Numbered from the stretch's first letter, positions 30,419 to 40,878 are shown. The stretch is 64,000 nucleotides of DNA from Candidatus Latescibacterota bacterium (GCA_965203805.1 OZ241917.1:3168001-3232000); one strand, 5' to 3'. Program-made: numbers and translations. The notes: generated by a model not told the origin, from the letters alone.

Positions 30419-32668
30419 ATGAAGATCCCGATCAAAGAAATCACGGTTGCGAACCGATTCATCTATTATTACGCCAATTTTAAGGAACGCTTCTACGGCT
30501 ACGTCCTCCGCCGGGACGGCCGCAACATCCCCGACGAGCACTACGCGGGACGCTTCAAAGAATCCGGTGTATCGGCGCGTTCTCACCCCGGAAAAGTGTC
30601 ATCCCGTCCCACAACCCGACGCAGGTGGCGGGAACTGCGTCCTCCGCTGCCGCCGGAAGGACGGGAAACCCTTGCGGAAACCGAACCCGGAGAAATCGTG
30701 CTCTTTCTGTATCGTAAGCGCCTGATGCTGGGGACTTTTTCTCATCGGGTCTGGGGAACCCGGATCTGTATTGCCGCGGAGGACGGGAGGCGCCTGATTA
30801 TTCGAAGAAACTCCCTGGTCTATCTTACCGGCGTCGGCATTACGGACAATCCCGACTTTCTGCGGTCCTACGGGGCGTCTGTACGCGCGCTTGCAAGACA
30901 CATCGACCTCGGGGAAATCTGGAACGTGTTCAAGGACGACCAACCCGTTATTGAAATCTCTGACATCGGCGCGCTCTATTGGGGCGACGACCCCGACCCC
31001 TCACGCTGGCTAGCCCTCTTCATTCACCTGGAATCCGACTGCGCTTATTTCGTAAGGACACGATTGTACACTTATCGTCCGCTCGAAACGCATGAAGTCA
31101 GGAACCGGATCGACCTTCTGGCCGGCAAGGAGACGCTGATTCACGAGCTGCAGGAATTCCTCCACTGGCTCGGAGAGGACGAGGAGGGTTACGATCCGAA
31201 GACGCTTACCGGAAGGCAGCGGAACTGGCTGGAACAGATCAGACAATACGCGCTGTGGGGTTCCGAATCGAAAAGCGCCGGGGACGCGCGAAAGATGCTC
31301 AGGAAGATTTCCTTCGTGAAGGGCGATCTTCAGCGGCACGCGTTCGAACTGATGGTCAGGAAACGCATCTGGCGTCCGGACGAGAACCTGGATCTCCTCC
31401 GGTCGGACCTCTCACCCGACTTTCCGTCCGACGTCCTGAAAGAGGCCGAGGCTGTCGACCTGCCGCGAATCCTGAGAGGCAGGCGAAGACTTCGCCGCGC
31501 GTCTTTCTGCCTGCAGACGGGTTCCGGGGACGATCCCGAACTCGCCTTTTCGCTCAGGCGCCGGTGGCGGGGCGGATACGAACTCGGTGTCCACGTTCCC
31601 GATATTGCGGCCTGCGTACCCGCCGGATCCGCGCTGGACCGGTCGGCTTCGGACCGGCTGGCGACGCTCCGGCTGCCCGACCTCACCATCCCCATGCTGC
31701 CGGAGCGTATCGCAGACGACGTCGGCCGGTTCGATGTGAAGCAGCGTCGACCCGCGCTAAGCCTGTTCTGGAAGCTGGATCGAAATCTGAATTTCGGAAA
31801 CGTGCGCATTGTCCTCTCGTCGATCAGAATTCGAACCCGTCTTTCCGCAGATGAAGTCGAAAACATCGATGCGGGGGAACGCCGTCCGCTGGCCGGCCGC
31901 CTGCGGATCCTGAGCCGCCTGACAGACTCCCTCCGCGAACAGCGTCTGCGTCGCGGCGCATTCGAGGACTTCGGCCGCACCCGGGTCGAGGCCGGAAGCG
32001 GAGCGACCCTCATCAGTCGGACCGACCCCGCGGACCCCGCATACAGAATTCACCACGAGCTGGGCCTTCTTGCGGCGGCTGAACTGGGGACGTGGTGTGT
32101 ACGTCACGACATCCCGGCCATTTACATTGCCCAGGACGGCGTCGAAAACCGCCGCGAACTGGACGGAATCAGCCATTCAATTGTACGACGCCACGAAATC
32201 CGCCGCCAGTGCCCTTACCCGAAATTCAGCGCCGAACCCGCCGCCCATTACGGATACGGGATTCGAGCGTGCTGCGCGGCCGTCGCTCCCGGCGATCGCT
32301 ATCCGGACCTGATGGTCCAGAGACAGATCGTCCATCATCTGAACACCGGGGGCCCGCTTTACACGGTCGATGAACTTAACCTCGTCCGCTACCGGGCGCA
32401 GGAAGAACACGCGCACCATGTCAGCCTTCGCTCCCGCCACGAACGTCGCCTCATCCTGAACCGGCTTGCCGCATCCGCGGACCGCACGCTTTCCGCTGTC
32501 GTGCTCCATCCCCGGCGCGACGGCGCGCTGGTTGAACTTACGGAATATCCTGTCAAAACCCTGATCCAAGCGCCGCGACCCGTAAACCCGGGCGACGTCC
32601 TTCAGCTTCGGGTCAACGGCATTGACCGCTGGCGCTGCGACCCCCATTTTCTTGTATTGCAGACATAG
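30419..32668 (+). CDS. RNB-domain (RNase II/R-like) protein with degenerate active site
   Basis: LGVHVPD, TL.LPD..IPMLP, RPALS, RYPDLMVQRQI, C-terminal S1-like domain; exact start uncertain. Confidence 0.8.
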   Translation: MKIPIKEITVANRFIYYYANFKERFYGYVLRRDGRNIPDEHYAGRFKESGVSARSHPGKVSSRPTTRRRWRELRPPLPPEGRETLAETEPGEIVLFLYRKRLMLGTFSHRVWGTRICIAAEDGRRLIIRRNSLVYLTGVGITDNPDFLRSYGASVRALARHIDLGEIWNVFKDDQPVIEISDIGALYWGDDPDPSRWLALFIHLESDCAYFVRTRLYTYRPLETHEVRNRIDLLAGKETLIHELQEFLHWLGEDEEGYDPKTLTGRQRNWLEQIRQYALWGSESKSAGDARKMLRKISFVKGDLQRHAFELMVRKRIWRPDENLDLLRSDLSPDFPSDVLKEAEAVDLPRILRGRRRLRRASFCLQTGSGDDPELAFSLRRRWRGGYELGVHVPDIAACVPAGSALDRSASDRLATLRLPDLTIPMLPERIADDVGRFDVKQRRPALSLFWKLDRNLNFGNVRIVLSSIRIRTRLSADEVENIDAGERRPLAGRLRILSRLTDSLREQRLRRGAFEDFGRTRVEAGSGATLISRTDPADPAYRIHHELGLLAAAELGTWCVRHDIPAIYIAQDGVENRRELDGISHSIVRRHEIRRQCPYPKFSAEPAAHYGYGIRACCAAVAPGDRYPDLMVQRQIVHHLNTGGPLYTVDELNLVRYRAQEEHAHHVSLRSRHERRLILNRLAASADRTLSAVVLHPRRDGALVELTEYPVKTLIQAPRPVNPGDVLQLRVNGIDRWRCDPHFLVLQT

Positions 32669-32708
32669 CGGAAAGCGCGAGCGAGTGACGGACAAAGAGG
32701 AGACCCGA

Positions 32709-34274
32709 ATGAACGAAGACTCGGCATTGATCGCACATTGGAGACTGGACGGAGACTGCCGGGACCATGCAGGCGCCAACCACGGCGAGAATCACGGCGT
32801 GACGTTTTCCCCTGACGGCGCCGGGTTCAACGGCCGCGGCGCCCACGTCCTGGTGCCCTCCGCCCGATCGCTGGAACTCGGCAAGGGTGACTTTTCCATA
32901 TCGGTCCACGCGCATACGGACGAAATCCTCGACGATGTGCCGGGGGACATCCTGAGCAAATACGACCCGGACGCACGGACGGGCTTCAACTTCGGTCTCG
33001 CGAACAACGCGGGCGTCACCGCTGCCCAGGCGAACTATCGCCACCTTCATTTCGGGATCGACAGCGGTCACGTCGGCGAATGGATCGACTGCGGGCGCCC
33101 CGGAAACAACCTGCGCGTCTACTCCCTGTGCGTTTTCGACGGTGATCTGTACGCCGGAACGTTCGAAACCGGCGCGGACGAGTCGGGAGGCGTCTATCGG
33201 TACGACGGAGACTCGGGATGGATCGACTGCGGGCACCCGGACAGGTGCAATACCATGGCGTCGCTGTGCGTATTCAACGGAACCCTCTACGCGGGTTCCT
33301 CCCGCTACAAGGCCGGCGGGTCCGCCCTTCCGGAATCCGAGAACCTGAACCCGGGAGGAAATATGTTCAGGTACGAGGGCGGCTCCGACTGGACGCCCAT
33401 CGGCCACCTGGAAGGCGCGGATTCCTGTGCAGGCATGGCCGTTTACCGGGGCGAACTCTATGCCATCCCCCTCTACAGCCAGGGCGTATTCCGCTACGAC
33501 GGCGATGACGTCTGGAGCCACTGCGGCACCCCCGGGCGGCGGATGATGTCCCTGGGGGTGTTCAACGGCGACTTATACGGCGCAGGGAACGAAGGAGGAG
33601 GTGCCGGCGGCGTCTTCCGCTACGACGGCGGAACCGGTTGGGTCCACGCCGGCGGTCAGGAGGGCGTGACCCAGGTCTATTCCTTCGCCGCCCACAACGG
33701 CAGACTCCACGTGGGCACCTGGCCGGAGGGCAAGGTCTTCAGGGACGACGGCAACGATCCGTGGACCTGCGCCGGGCGACTTGGCGAGGAAATGGAAGTC
33801 ATGGCGATGGCCGTGTACAATGGAAAACTCTACGCCGGCACCCTGCCCCTGGGCCAGGTGTATCGTTACGACGGAGGCGACACGTGGACCCTGACGGGCC
33901 AGCTCGACACGACTCCGGACGTCAGATACCGGCGCGTCTGGTCCATGGCCGTCTACCGGGGAAGACTGTTCGGAGGCACGTTGCCCTCCGGACGCGTCTA
34001 CGCGCTGGAGGCCGGCGCAAACCTGAGCTACGATCACGAACTGGCGCCCGGATGGCGGCATCTCGCGGCCGTCCGGCAAGGCAGCCGCCTCCTCCTCTAC
34101 GTGGACGGAGAGCAGGTCTCCAACTCGACGACCTTCGACCCCAGGCAATTCGACCTCACGAACGAAATGCCTCTAAGGATCGGCGCCGGCGCGGTCGACA
34201 CCTTCAACGGGCGGCTCAGGGACCTTCGTCTCTATGGACGCGCGCTCACCGCGGCGGAGATTGCGAATCTGTAA
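32709..34274 (+). CDS. LamG/ConA-like domain with an inserted 7-repeat beta-propeller
   Basis: LIAHWRLD...FSISV (N-terminal half); HLAAVR..LYVDG..FNGRLRDLRLYGRALT (C-terminal half); 7 repeats S(L/M)xV(F/Y)xGxLYAG...YRYDG. Confidence 0.8.
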   Translation: MNEDSALIAHWRLDGDCRDHAGANHGENHGVTFSPDGAGFNGRGAHVLVPSARSLELGKGDFSISVHAHTDEILDDVPGDILSKYDPDARTGFNFGLANNAGVTAAQANYRHLHFGIDSGHVGEWIDCGRPGNNLRVYSLCVFDGDLYAGTFETGADESGGVYRYDGDSGWIDCGHPDRCNTMASLCVFNGTLYAGSSRYKAGGSALPESENLNPGGNMFRYEGGSDWTPIGHLEGADSCAGMAVYRGELYAIPLYSQGVFRYDGDDVWSHCGTPGRRMMSLGVFNGDLYGAGNEGGGAGGVFRYDGGTGWVHAGGQEGVTQVYSFAAHNGRLHVGTWPEGKVFRDDGNDPWTCAGRLGEEMEVMAMAVYNGKLYAGTLPLGQVYRYDGGDTWTLTGQLDTTPDVRYRRVWSMAVYRGRLFGGTLPSGRVYALEAGANLSYDHELAPGWRHLAAVRQGSRLLLYVDGEQVSNSTTFDPRQFDLTNEMPLRIGAGAVDTFNGRLRDLRLYGRALTAAEIANL

Positions 34275-34370
34275 GTACCGCGGTTGGAAATTGCGGCCGG
34301 CATTCGTGCGGTCCGCCGAAGCGACAGGCGTGGAACCCGCGTACCAGCCGAAACCTCCGGGAGAACAGTC

Positions 34371-35696
34371 ATGTTAAGAGCAGGCGCATCCAGGGTCAAC
34401 ATCACCCCGTTTCTGGGCGGACCGATGGCCGGTTACGGGGCGCGCGACCGGGGCAGCGAGAGTATCCACGACGAACTGCATGCGAAGGCCCTGGTGCTGG
34501 ATGACGGAAGCACCAGAGTCGCGTTGATTACCACCGACCTCATCGGTATCGAACGGGAATTCGCCGAGCGCGTCCGCGGGCTCGTCGAGGAGCGGGCAGG
34601 CATTCCTCCGGACGGGGTCTGGATGTGCGGGTCCCACACCCATTTCGGGCCGGCCGTCAGCACGCGCCGGAAGGACGGGGACGATGCGGACGCATTTGAC
34701 AGGTCTTACGCGGAGGTGTTGGCCGCGAAACTGTCCACGGCCGTACAGCTCGCGCACAACCGGCTTCGCCCCGCCCGGCTCGGCGCCGGCGGCGCCCTCG
34801 CGGAAGGCATCAGCTACAACCGCCGGCTCATCCGGCACGACGGCAAGGTGGAAATGAGCCTCACCCTGCCGCCGCCTTACGAGGGTCTGAAGTTCGGTCC
34901 TGTCGACACGGAAGCGGGCCTGCTGAAAATAGAAGGCGACGACGACGGCGAGTCCATCGCATCCCTCGTCAACTTCGCCTGCCATCCCGTCTCCAGCACC
35001 GACCGTATGTATGAATTCACCGCCGACTATCCGGGTTACGCCATGGACCTGATCGAGTCCGTGGAAGGCGGCATCTGTCTCTTCGCCCTCGGGTGCGCGG
35101 GCAATATCGTTCCCATCCAGCGGCAGGGCCGTTCCAAACGCCAGGTCGGCCTGTCTCTCGGGGGTTGCGCGCTGAACGCGCTCCAGTGGATTCGGACAAC
35201 CGGCCAGGTCCGCATCCGTGCCGCCAGAAAGTCGATCGAACTGCCCCTGCGCAGATTTCCCACGCCCGCGCGAATGGAGCGGCAGATTGCCGAAGCGGAA
35301 GCCGCGCTCGCCGTCGCGCGTGAACGGAAAGCGCCGTCGCGCGAGATCACTGAACGCAGGGAGGCCCTGGGCCTTGCCAGAAGTCTGCCTCAATGGGCCG
35401 AACGATTCGACAGGCGGAAGACGCGAACCACGGAAATCCAGGTGTTCTGGCTTGGCGACGTTCCGTTGATCGGGCTGCCGGGCGAAGTCTTCGTTGAACT
35501 CGGACTCCGGATCAAGAAAGCCCTGGATGCCGATCCGGTCCTGGTTGTGAGTCTCAGCAACGACAGCGCCGGGTACATTCCGGTCCGGCGGGCGTACCGG
35601 GAAGGCGGCTACGAATCCCGCGTGTCGCCTTACGCCCCCGGCTGCGGCGAGCACCTCGTGAAGGAAGCGCTGGCTCTCGCCGAATCGATTCGATAG
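34371..35696 (+). CDS. Neutral/alkaline ceramidase-like hydrolase
   Basis: NITP, HDELHAKAL, SHTHFGP, NRR, NFACHP, GCAGN, LPGEVF, GGYE. Confidence 0.85.
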   Translation: MLRAGASRVNITPFLGGPMAGYGARDRGSESIHDELHAKALVLDDGSTRVALITTDLIGIEREFAERVRGLVEERAGIPPDGVWMCGSHTHFGPAVSTRRKDGDDADAFDRSYAEVLAAKLSTAVQLAHNRLRPARLGAGGALAEGISYNRRLIRHDGKVEMSLTLPPPYEGLKFGPVDTEAGLLKIEGDDDGESIASLVNFACHPVSSTDRMYEFTADYPGYAMDLIESVEGGICLFALGCAGNIVPIQRQGRSKRQVGLSLGGCALNALQWIRTTGQVRIRAARKSIELPLRRFPTPARMERQIAEAEAALAVARERKAPSREITERREALGLARSLPQWAERFDRRKTRTTEIQVFWLGDVPLIGLPGEVFVELGLRIKKALDADPVLVVSLSNDSAGYIPVRRAYREGGYESRVSPYAPGCGEHLVKEALALAESIR

Positions 35697-35760
35697 CTCT
35701 CAAAGGGCAGGCAATCACCAACCCGCGCCACCGGGCGGGGCGCAGAACAGGACAACGCTT

Positions 35761-37074
35761 ATGTCGATCGTCACATCTCTGTTTCTCTTCGTAGTCGTCC
35801 TGATCGTAACGAGAACCCGTGCGGAGGCCGCCGAAGTCACCCTTTCGGCGGGCGCGGCCCGAACCGACGTCACGCCCGACCCCGCGATGCCCAACTGGGT
35901 GGACGGCAGCCCCTATGACGGCGTTCTGGACCCGCTCGCGCTGCGGGGACTCGTACTATCGGACGGCTCCACGGAATTCGCACTGATCTGCTGGGACCTC
36001 ATCGACGCGACGGAGGAGTGTGTGATCGACGTGCGCCGGGCCGTCCACGGCGCAACGGGCATCCCGGAACCCCACGTCCTCGTGGCCGCCTCGCACACCC
36101 ACTCTTCGCCCCGGTCTCCGTTCGCCGCGTCCACGTTTCCCGGCCGCCGGAGCGCAGTTCTGAGAGCGATTCTGGACGATCCCGTTTTCCGGGCATGGAG
36201 CGAACGGCTGCCGGGACAATGCGCCGACGTCCTCAAACAGGCTCAGGACCGCCGGCAACCCGTCACCCTGAACATCGGACGCGCGAATGCCTCGGAATGG
36301 CTGTTCAACCGGAGGCCCCTCGATCCCGACGGCAACGTCGTTACCATGTTTCGGCCCAGGGATCCGCACGCGTTGCCGGACGGCCTGCGTTTCGGAACGC
36401 TGGACCCCACCCTGACCGTCCTCTCCCTTCAGAACGCCTCGGGCGCAAACGTCGCCACCCTTTACAGCGTTCCCTGCCACCCCGTCTCCATCTATCCCCA
36501 CCACCGCGGCGTCTCGGCGGACTGGCCCGGGCCGGCCAACGAGCGGGTCTCGGAAGCCCTGGGCGGCGAGACCTTCTTCCTGCAGGGTTGCGCGGGCGAC
36601 GTCGTTCCCGTCATGCGAGGGGAAGAGTCGCGCGCGGAAATGGCCCGTTTCTTCGCGGAACGGGCCATCGCGGCGGCCCAGAGTTCCCACTCCCTGCCGT
36701 CGTCGCCGCTGAAAACCGCAACCTGTGTCGCCGGCCTGCCGCTCACCCTCGACGCGAGAAAGCAAGCCGGCGCCGACGTCCGGCCGGTCGAGATTCAGGT
36801 GGTCGTCTGCGGACCCTTCGGCCTGGCCGTGATTCCCGGAGAACCCCTCAACGGGCTCGCGCGTGAGATACAGGCGCGTTCACCCCTGCCCCACACGCTT
36901 GTCATGGGATACGCCAATGGGCGCGGCGTGAGCTACGTGGGACTTCCCGGAGAAAAAGCCAGGGGCGGATACGAAGCAGGGGCGGGGCAGGGTACCGAAG
37001 AAGCCGGCGACTTTATGATCCGGACCGCCGTTCGGCTTCTGCAGGAAACGGTTGACGGCACTTCAGAGGGTTAA
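35761..37074 (+). CDS. Neutral ceramidase-like hydrolase with signal peptide
   Basis: DVTP, SHTHSSP, NRR, CHP, QGCAGD, IPGE, GGYE. Confidence 0.82.
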   Translation: MSIVTSLFLFVVVLIVTRTRAEAAEVTLSAGAARTDVTPDPAMPNWVDGSPYDGVLDPLALRGLVLSDGSTEFALICWDLIDATEECVIDVRRAVHGATGIPEPHVLVAASHTHSSPRSPFAASTFPGRRSAVLRAILDDPVFRAWSERLPGQCADVLKQAQDRRQPVTLNIGRANASEWLFNRRPLDPDGNVVTMFRPRDPHALPDGLRFGTLDPTLTVLSLQNASGANVATLYSVPCHPVSIYPHHRGVSADWPGPANERVSEALGGETFFLQGCAGDVVPVMRGEESRAEMARFFAERAIAAAQSSHSLPSSPLKTATCVAGLPLTLDARKQAGADVRPVEIQVVVCGPFGLAVIPGEPLNGLAREIQARSPLPHTLVMGYANGRGVSYVGLPGEKARGGYEAGAGQGTEEAGDFMIRTAVRLLQETVDGTSEG

Positions 37075-38026
37075 ACGACGAACTCCCAGAGATGGCGTCG
37101 ATCATCTCCATCGTCTTCACCGCATCGTCCATACTGCAGGCCGGGAACGGAAGTGCGCCTCCATTCCCGACCCATCTCAAGAACGTGCGATCCTGCTGAT
37201 AGAATCCTGGCTTGTACCGGCGATCAAAGTCATCCCCTTCGACGTTCTCAGGCTGTACATCCCTGCGTTTGATCGTTGCGGACTGCCCCGGAGCGGACGT
37301 GAAGGTAACCCCGTTGCCACGCACTTCCACACGGTGCCCTCCCGGAGCGAACCAGTCCATAGAGGCACGCCCGACAGCCCCGCCCGCGAAGGTCAACAGC
37401 GCCGAACAGCAGTCCGGCATGGGACCTTCCACCGTGTGGTGCATCGGCTGGACGCTCGCCACGTCACCTCCGAAGAATCGCAACAGGTCCAGGGCGTGGA
37501 TGCCGTTTGCTACGCTCCAGCGTTTCAGGACCTCTTCCGGAAATTTCGGGTTTACCCGGACCCGCTGGATATCTTCGTGGGCGTCAACAGTGACACTCTG
37601 AACCGGCCCGGATTCGAGGATCAGCTCCCTGCCCTTGAGAAGCGTGGAATAGAACCGGCGATTTACACCCACCATCGCCGGCGTATCCGCCGCTCGCGCC
37701 AGATCGGCCAACGCACGGGTCTGGGACGTATAGAGGCCGGGAGGCTTTTCCAGAAAGGTCGGGATACCGGACCGAATGAAGTCTGCGGCGACCGCCGCGA
37801 CCTGGAGAACACTCACGAGAACGAAGACGGCGTCGGGCCGATCCCCTTCCAGAAGGCTCTCGTGCGAGTTCAGGCGATTCGGCACGCCGAACCGCGCTCC
37901 AGTCTCTTCCAGAACGCGGAGGTTGGTGTCCACAAGCGTCGTTACACGCCCCTCGCGAAGGTCGGTGAGTACTTCCAGGTGCCTCCGGGCGATGTTTCCC
38001 GCTCCGATGACCGCAATGTTCAGCAT
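37013..38026 (-). CDS. Gfo/Idh/MocA oxidoreductase
   Basis: IAVIGAGNIA, LEKP, NRRF, GIHALD. Confidence 0.88.
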   Translation of the reverse strand: MLNIAVIGAGNIARRHLEVLTDLREGRVTTLVDTNLRVLEETGARFGVPNRLNSHESLLEGDRPDAVFVLVSVLQVAAVAADFIRSGIPTFLEKPPGLYTSQTRALADLARAADTPAMVGVNRRFYSTLLKGRELILESGPVQSVTVDAHEDIQRVRVNPKFPEEVLKRWSVANGIHALDLLRFFGGDVASVQPMHHTVEGPMPDCCSALLTFAGGAVGRASMDWFAPGGHRVEVRGNGVTFTSAPGQSATIKRRDVQPENVEGDDFDRRYKPGFYQQDRTFLRWVGNGGALPFPACSMDDAVKTMEMIDAISGSSSFNPLKCRQPFPAEAERRSGS

Positions 38027-38230
38027 CTGGTCCTGTTTCCTGTTAACATTGCATTCTATGATGCACTGTTTAGGTGACCACCGGTCGCTTTGAGGCGGTG
38101 AGACGGGAGACGTGAGTCACGGGAGAAGAAGCCCTTGCCCGATGTTTTATCCTTTCTTGCCACCGGCACCAGAAGAAACCTCGCAAGGCAGGTAATCTCT
38201 AACCTCTACCCTCTCCCGTCTCCCCGCCGT

Positions 38231-38389
38231 TTATTCCTCTTCATCCTCAATTCGATGCTGTCGATCGATGGATTCGAAAAGGGATCTGACGTCGAAGAAT
38301 CCGCCGATGCCCACGACAACGGTGACCACCGCGAAGACAAGCAGTCCGAGAACGAGCACCGCGCCCCAGAAAGGAATCCAGAATGCCAT
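38231..38389 (-). CDS. Small membrane protein downstream of the symporter (52 aa)
   Basis: Manual translation MAFWIPFWGAVLVLGLLVFAVVTVVVGIGGFFDVRSLFESIDRQHRIEDEEE; starts 3 bp after the symporter stop. Confidence 0.7.
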   Translation of the reverse strand: MAFWIPFWGAVLVLGLLVFAVVTVVVGIGGFFDVRSLFESIDRQHRIEDEEE

Positions 38390-38392
38390 GGA

Positions 38393-39940
38393 TCAGGCCT
38401 CCTCTTCGCTGCGTGCGTGGTCGGGGAACAGGAGCGAGCCGAGAACCATCAGGACCAGCGCCAGCACGGTCGCGCCGAGGCCGATGTGCGCGCCTGTGAA
38501 CGCGTCCAGACCCAGGGCCCGCTTGACGGGCGTCAAACCGGCGACGGCGGCGGCGCCCGCGACAAGCGCGAGGTATGCGCCGGCGGTACTGGCGCGTTTC
38601 CAGTAGATCCCCGTGAGGAGCAGGGCGAACGCGCCGGTGAAGTAGATCGCGCCGCTCACCAGCATATAGTCCCAGAGGTCCTGGCCGAGCTCGTACCACA
38701 ACCCCCACACGAGCAGAAAAGCGCCGATGACAAAGATGAAGATCCGGGACAGCGTCAGGCGGGCGCGGGTGGAAAGGGTATCGCCGGTGGCGGGGGCGAC
38801 CACGTCGTGGGTAAGGACCGACGACCAGCAAAGCAGATAGCTGTCGTGGGTGGACATGAAAGCCGCCAGCAGTCCCGCCCCGATAAGGCCGATGAGACCG
38901 GCGGGGAGGATCTGGCTGAGAAACACGGGCATGGCCAGAAGGGTGAGGTCCGCATTCCCCGTGGGGCCGCCGCCTGGAGAGCAGAAAATCCCGCGGGTCA
39001 TCTCGTCCTGGTAGAGATAGACAAGAGCGCAGATGCCCAGAAACTGGGGCACCATGAACCGTATCAGAAAACCGATGGAGGACCAGGCGTAGAGTTTCTT
39101 CACCACGGACGCGCTCTCAGCGGCGCAGGCCCTCATCACCGCGGTCTGCCACACGGCGCAGGAGACGATCCCGGCGGTGAAGATCATCCAGACGACGTAC
39201 GACGGACCGAACCCTCCGCCCTCGTGGAGCGGATTGAACCCGGGCTCCCCGTGTATCGCCGCGACGGTGTCGACGATTGCCGACCATCCCAGCCTGTCCA
39301 CGGCGATCCCGCAGGTGAGAATGACACCCACGGAAAGCACGATAAACTGGACGTAATCGGTGATGACGACCGAAACCATCCCCCCGAGTATGGTATAGGC
39401 CAGAACCAGCAGGAGCATCACGGTCATGATCAGGGCGACCGCCGTGGGATTCGTGATCCCGGTCAGGCCGGCGACGAAGATCGCGCCCGCCTTGAGGAAC
39501 AGGCCCATGTTGAGGATGCCGGAAAGGGCGAGCAGCAGGCCGCCGAAGATACGGACGCCGCGGCTGAATCGCCTTTCGTAGAATTCGGGAATCGTCATCA
39601 CGCCCAGCTCGCGCAGCGGGACCACGATAAATCCGGTGAGGCCGACGATCAGGGTAACGATGCCGGCGATCAGGCCGATGTGAAAGGCCGCGAACCCGCC
39701 GGTGAATCCCTTCTGGGCGGAATACATGACGGTCACGAGCCCGAGTTCGCTGCCGATCATCGTGGCAACGGCCAGGTACGGTTTCAGCGAACGGCCGGCG
39801 ACAATGTAGTCGCTCATGTTGCGGATGTACCGGTTGGCATACAGGCCGATGGCGACGGTGCCCAGCATATACAGGCCGACTATCGCCCAGTCGACAGACC
39901 CGAAATTGGAACTGATGCCGGTCAGGAGATCGGCTGACAT
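38393..39940 (-). CDS. Sodium:solute symporter (SSS) family
   Basis: DYIVAGRSL, TIPEFYERRF, YTILGGMVSVVITD, LAAFMST. Confidence 0.92.
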   Translation of the reverse strand: MSADLLTGISSNFGSVDWAIVGLYMLGTVAIGLYANRYIRNMSDYIVAGRSLKPYLAVATMIGSELGLVTVMYSAQKGFTGGFAAFHIGLIAGIVTLIVGLTGFIVVPLRELGVMTIPEFYERRFSRGVRIFGGLLLALSGILNMGLFLKAGAIFVAGLTGITNPTAVALIMTVMLLLVLAYTILGGMVSVVITDYVQFIVLSVGVILTCGIAVDRLGWSAIVDTVAAIHGEPGFNPLHEGGGFGPSYVVWMIFTAGIVSCAVWQTAVMRACAAESASVVKKLYAWSSIGFLIRFMVPQFLGICALVYLYQDEMTRGIFCSPGGGPTGNADLTLLAMPVFLSQILPAGLIGLIGAGLLAAFMSTHDSYLLCWSSVLTHDVVAPATGDTLSTRARLTLSRIFIFVIGAFLLVWGLWYELGQDLWDYMLVSGAIYFTGAFALLLTGIYWKRASTAGAYLALVAGAAAVAGLTPVKRALGLDAFTGAHIGLGATVLALVLMVLGSLLFPDHARSEEEA

Positions 39941-40247
39941 AAGCAATACTCAGGGGTAGCCGGAAAAGTACACCGCCCTGGGGTGCTTTTCTTACACCCA
40001 GGGTGGAGGATTCACGCAAACCCGCGGTTCTGTCATATAACCGGTTGTATTTCAATAAGTTCAGCGAAGTATTATACGACAGCATTTAAAGAAATACGGT
40101 ATATGGCTTGTCACGATGATATTGCGTGGTTAGAAGGGATTCGGAGTCATCGCCTTAGCGCGGTAGAGTGAGCATTTGTCCTGCCTTTGGTTTTTATCCT
40201 GTCTATCCTGTCCATCCATGTGAGTTTGGGCCTTTGAATTGGAGAGG

Positions 40248-40865
40248 CTAAGGCCAGGTGGGCCGCTCCATCGAGAAAGAACCGTCGACGCAAACGTAGT
40301 CCAGGTACCCGAGACGCCCAACGGGTCTCAATGCCACGGTGTCGACGCGGCCATCCTTTATTGCCCAATCCGCAATATGAATGCCGATCACCTGACCGAA
40401 TACAACCGTGTTCGGATCGTCGGGAACGTCGGTCGGCAGGTCCACGGTACGGGTGTGGATACATTCCAGATGGACCGGACTTTCCGCCACGCGGGGAGGT
40501 TTTACGAGTTCTGACGGCGCCTGCGTGACGCCCGCGTACTCGAATTCGTCGACGTGTCCGGGCGCGGGCACGGCAGTGGCGTTCATTTGAGTTCGAAGCG
40601 CCCAGGTGGCGAGGTTGACCACGAATTCGCCGGTTTCCCGGGCGTTCTTTATCGAATCCTTCAGCCCGCCATGGGTGTGCGCGGTCGTTGCGGCGAACAT
40701 GACCTGCGGGGGCTTGTAGGCCACCGCGTTGAAAAACGAATAAGGGGCCAGGTTGACCGTACCCCGTGCGTCGATGGATGAAATCCATCCGATCGGTCGC
40801 GGCACGACGATGGCGTTGAAGGGATCGCGGGGCAGGCCGTGGTCTTCAGACGTTCTGTAAAACAT
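40248..40865 (-). CDS. Flavin reductase-like FMN-binding protein
   Basis: VPRPIGWISS, NLAPYSFFN, KDS..NA.ETGEFVVN, LEC. Confidence 0.9.
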   Translation of the reverse strand: MFYRTSEDHGLPRDPFNAIVVPRPIGWISSIDARGTVNLAPYSFFNAVAYKPPQVMFAATTAHTHGGLKDSIKNARETGEFVVNLATWALRTQMNATAVPAPGHVDEFEYAGVTQAPSELVKPPRVAESPVHLECIHTRTVDLPTDVPDDPNTVVFGQVIGIHIADWAIKDGRVDTVALRPVGRLGYLDYVCVDGSFSMERPTWP

Positions 40866-40878
40866 GCCCGGGATCTCC

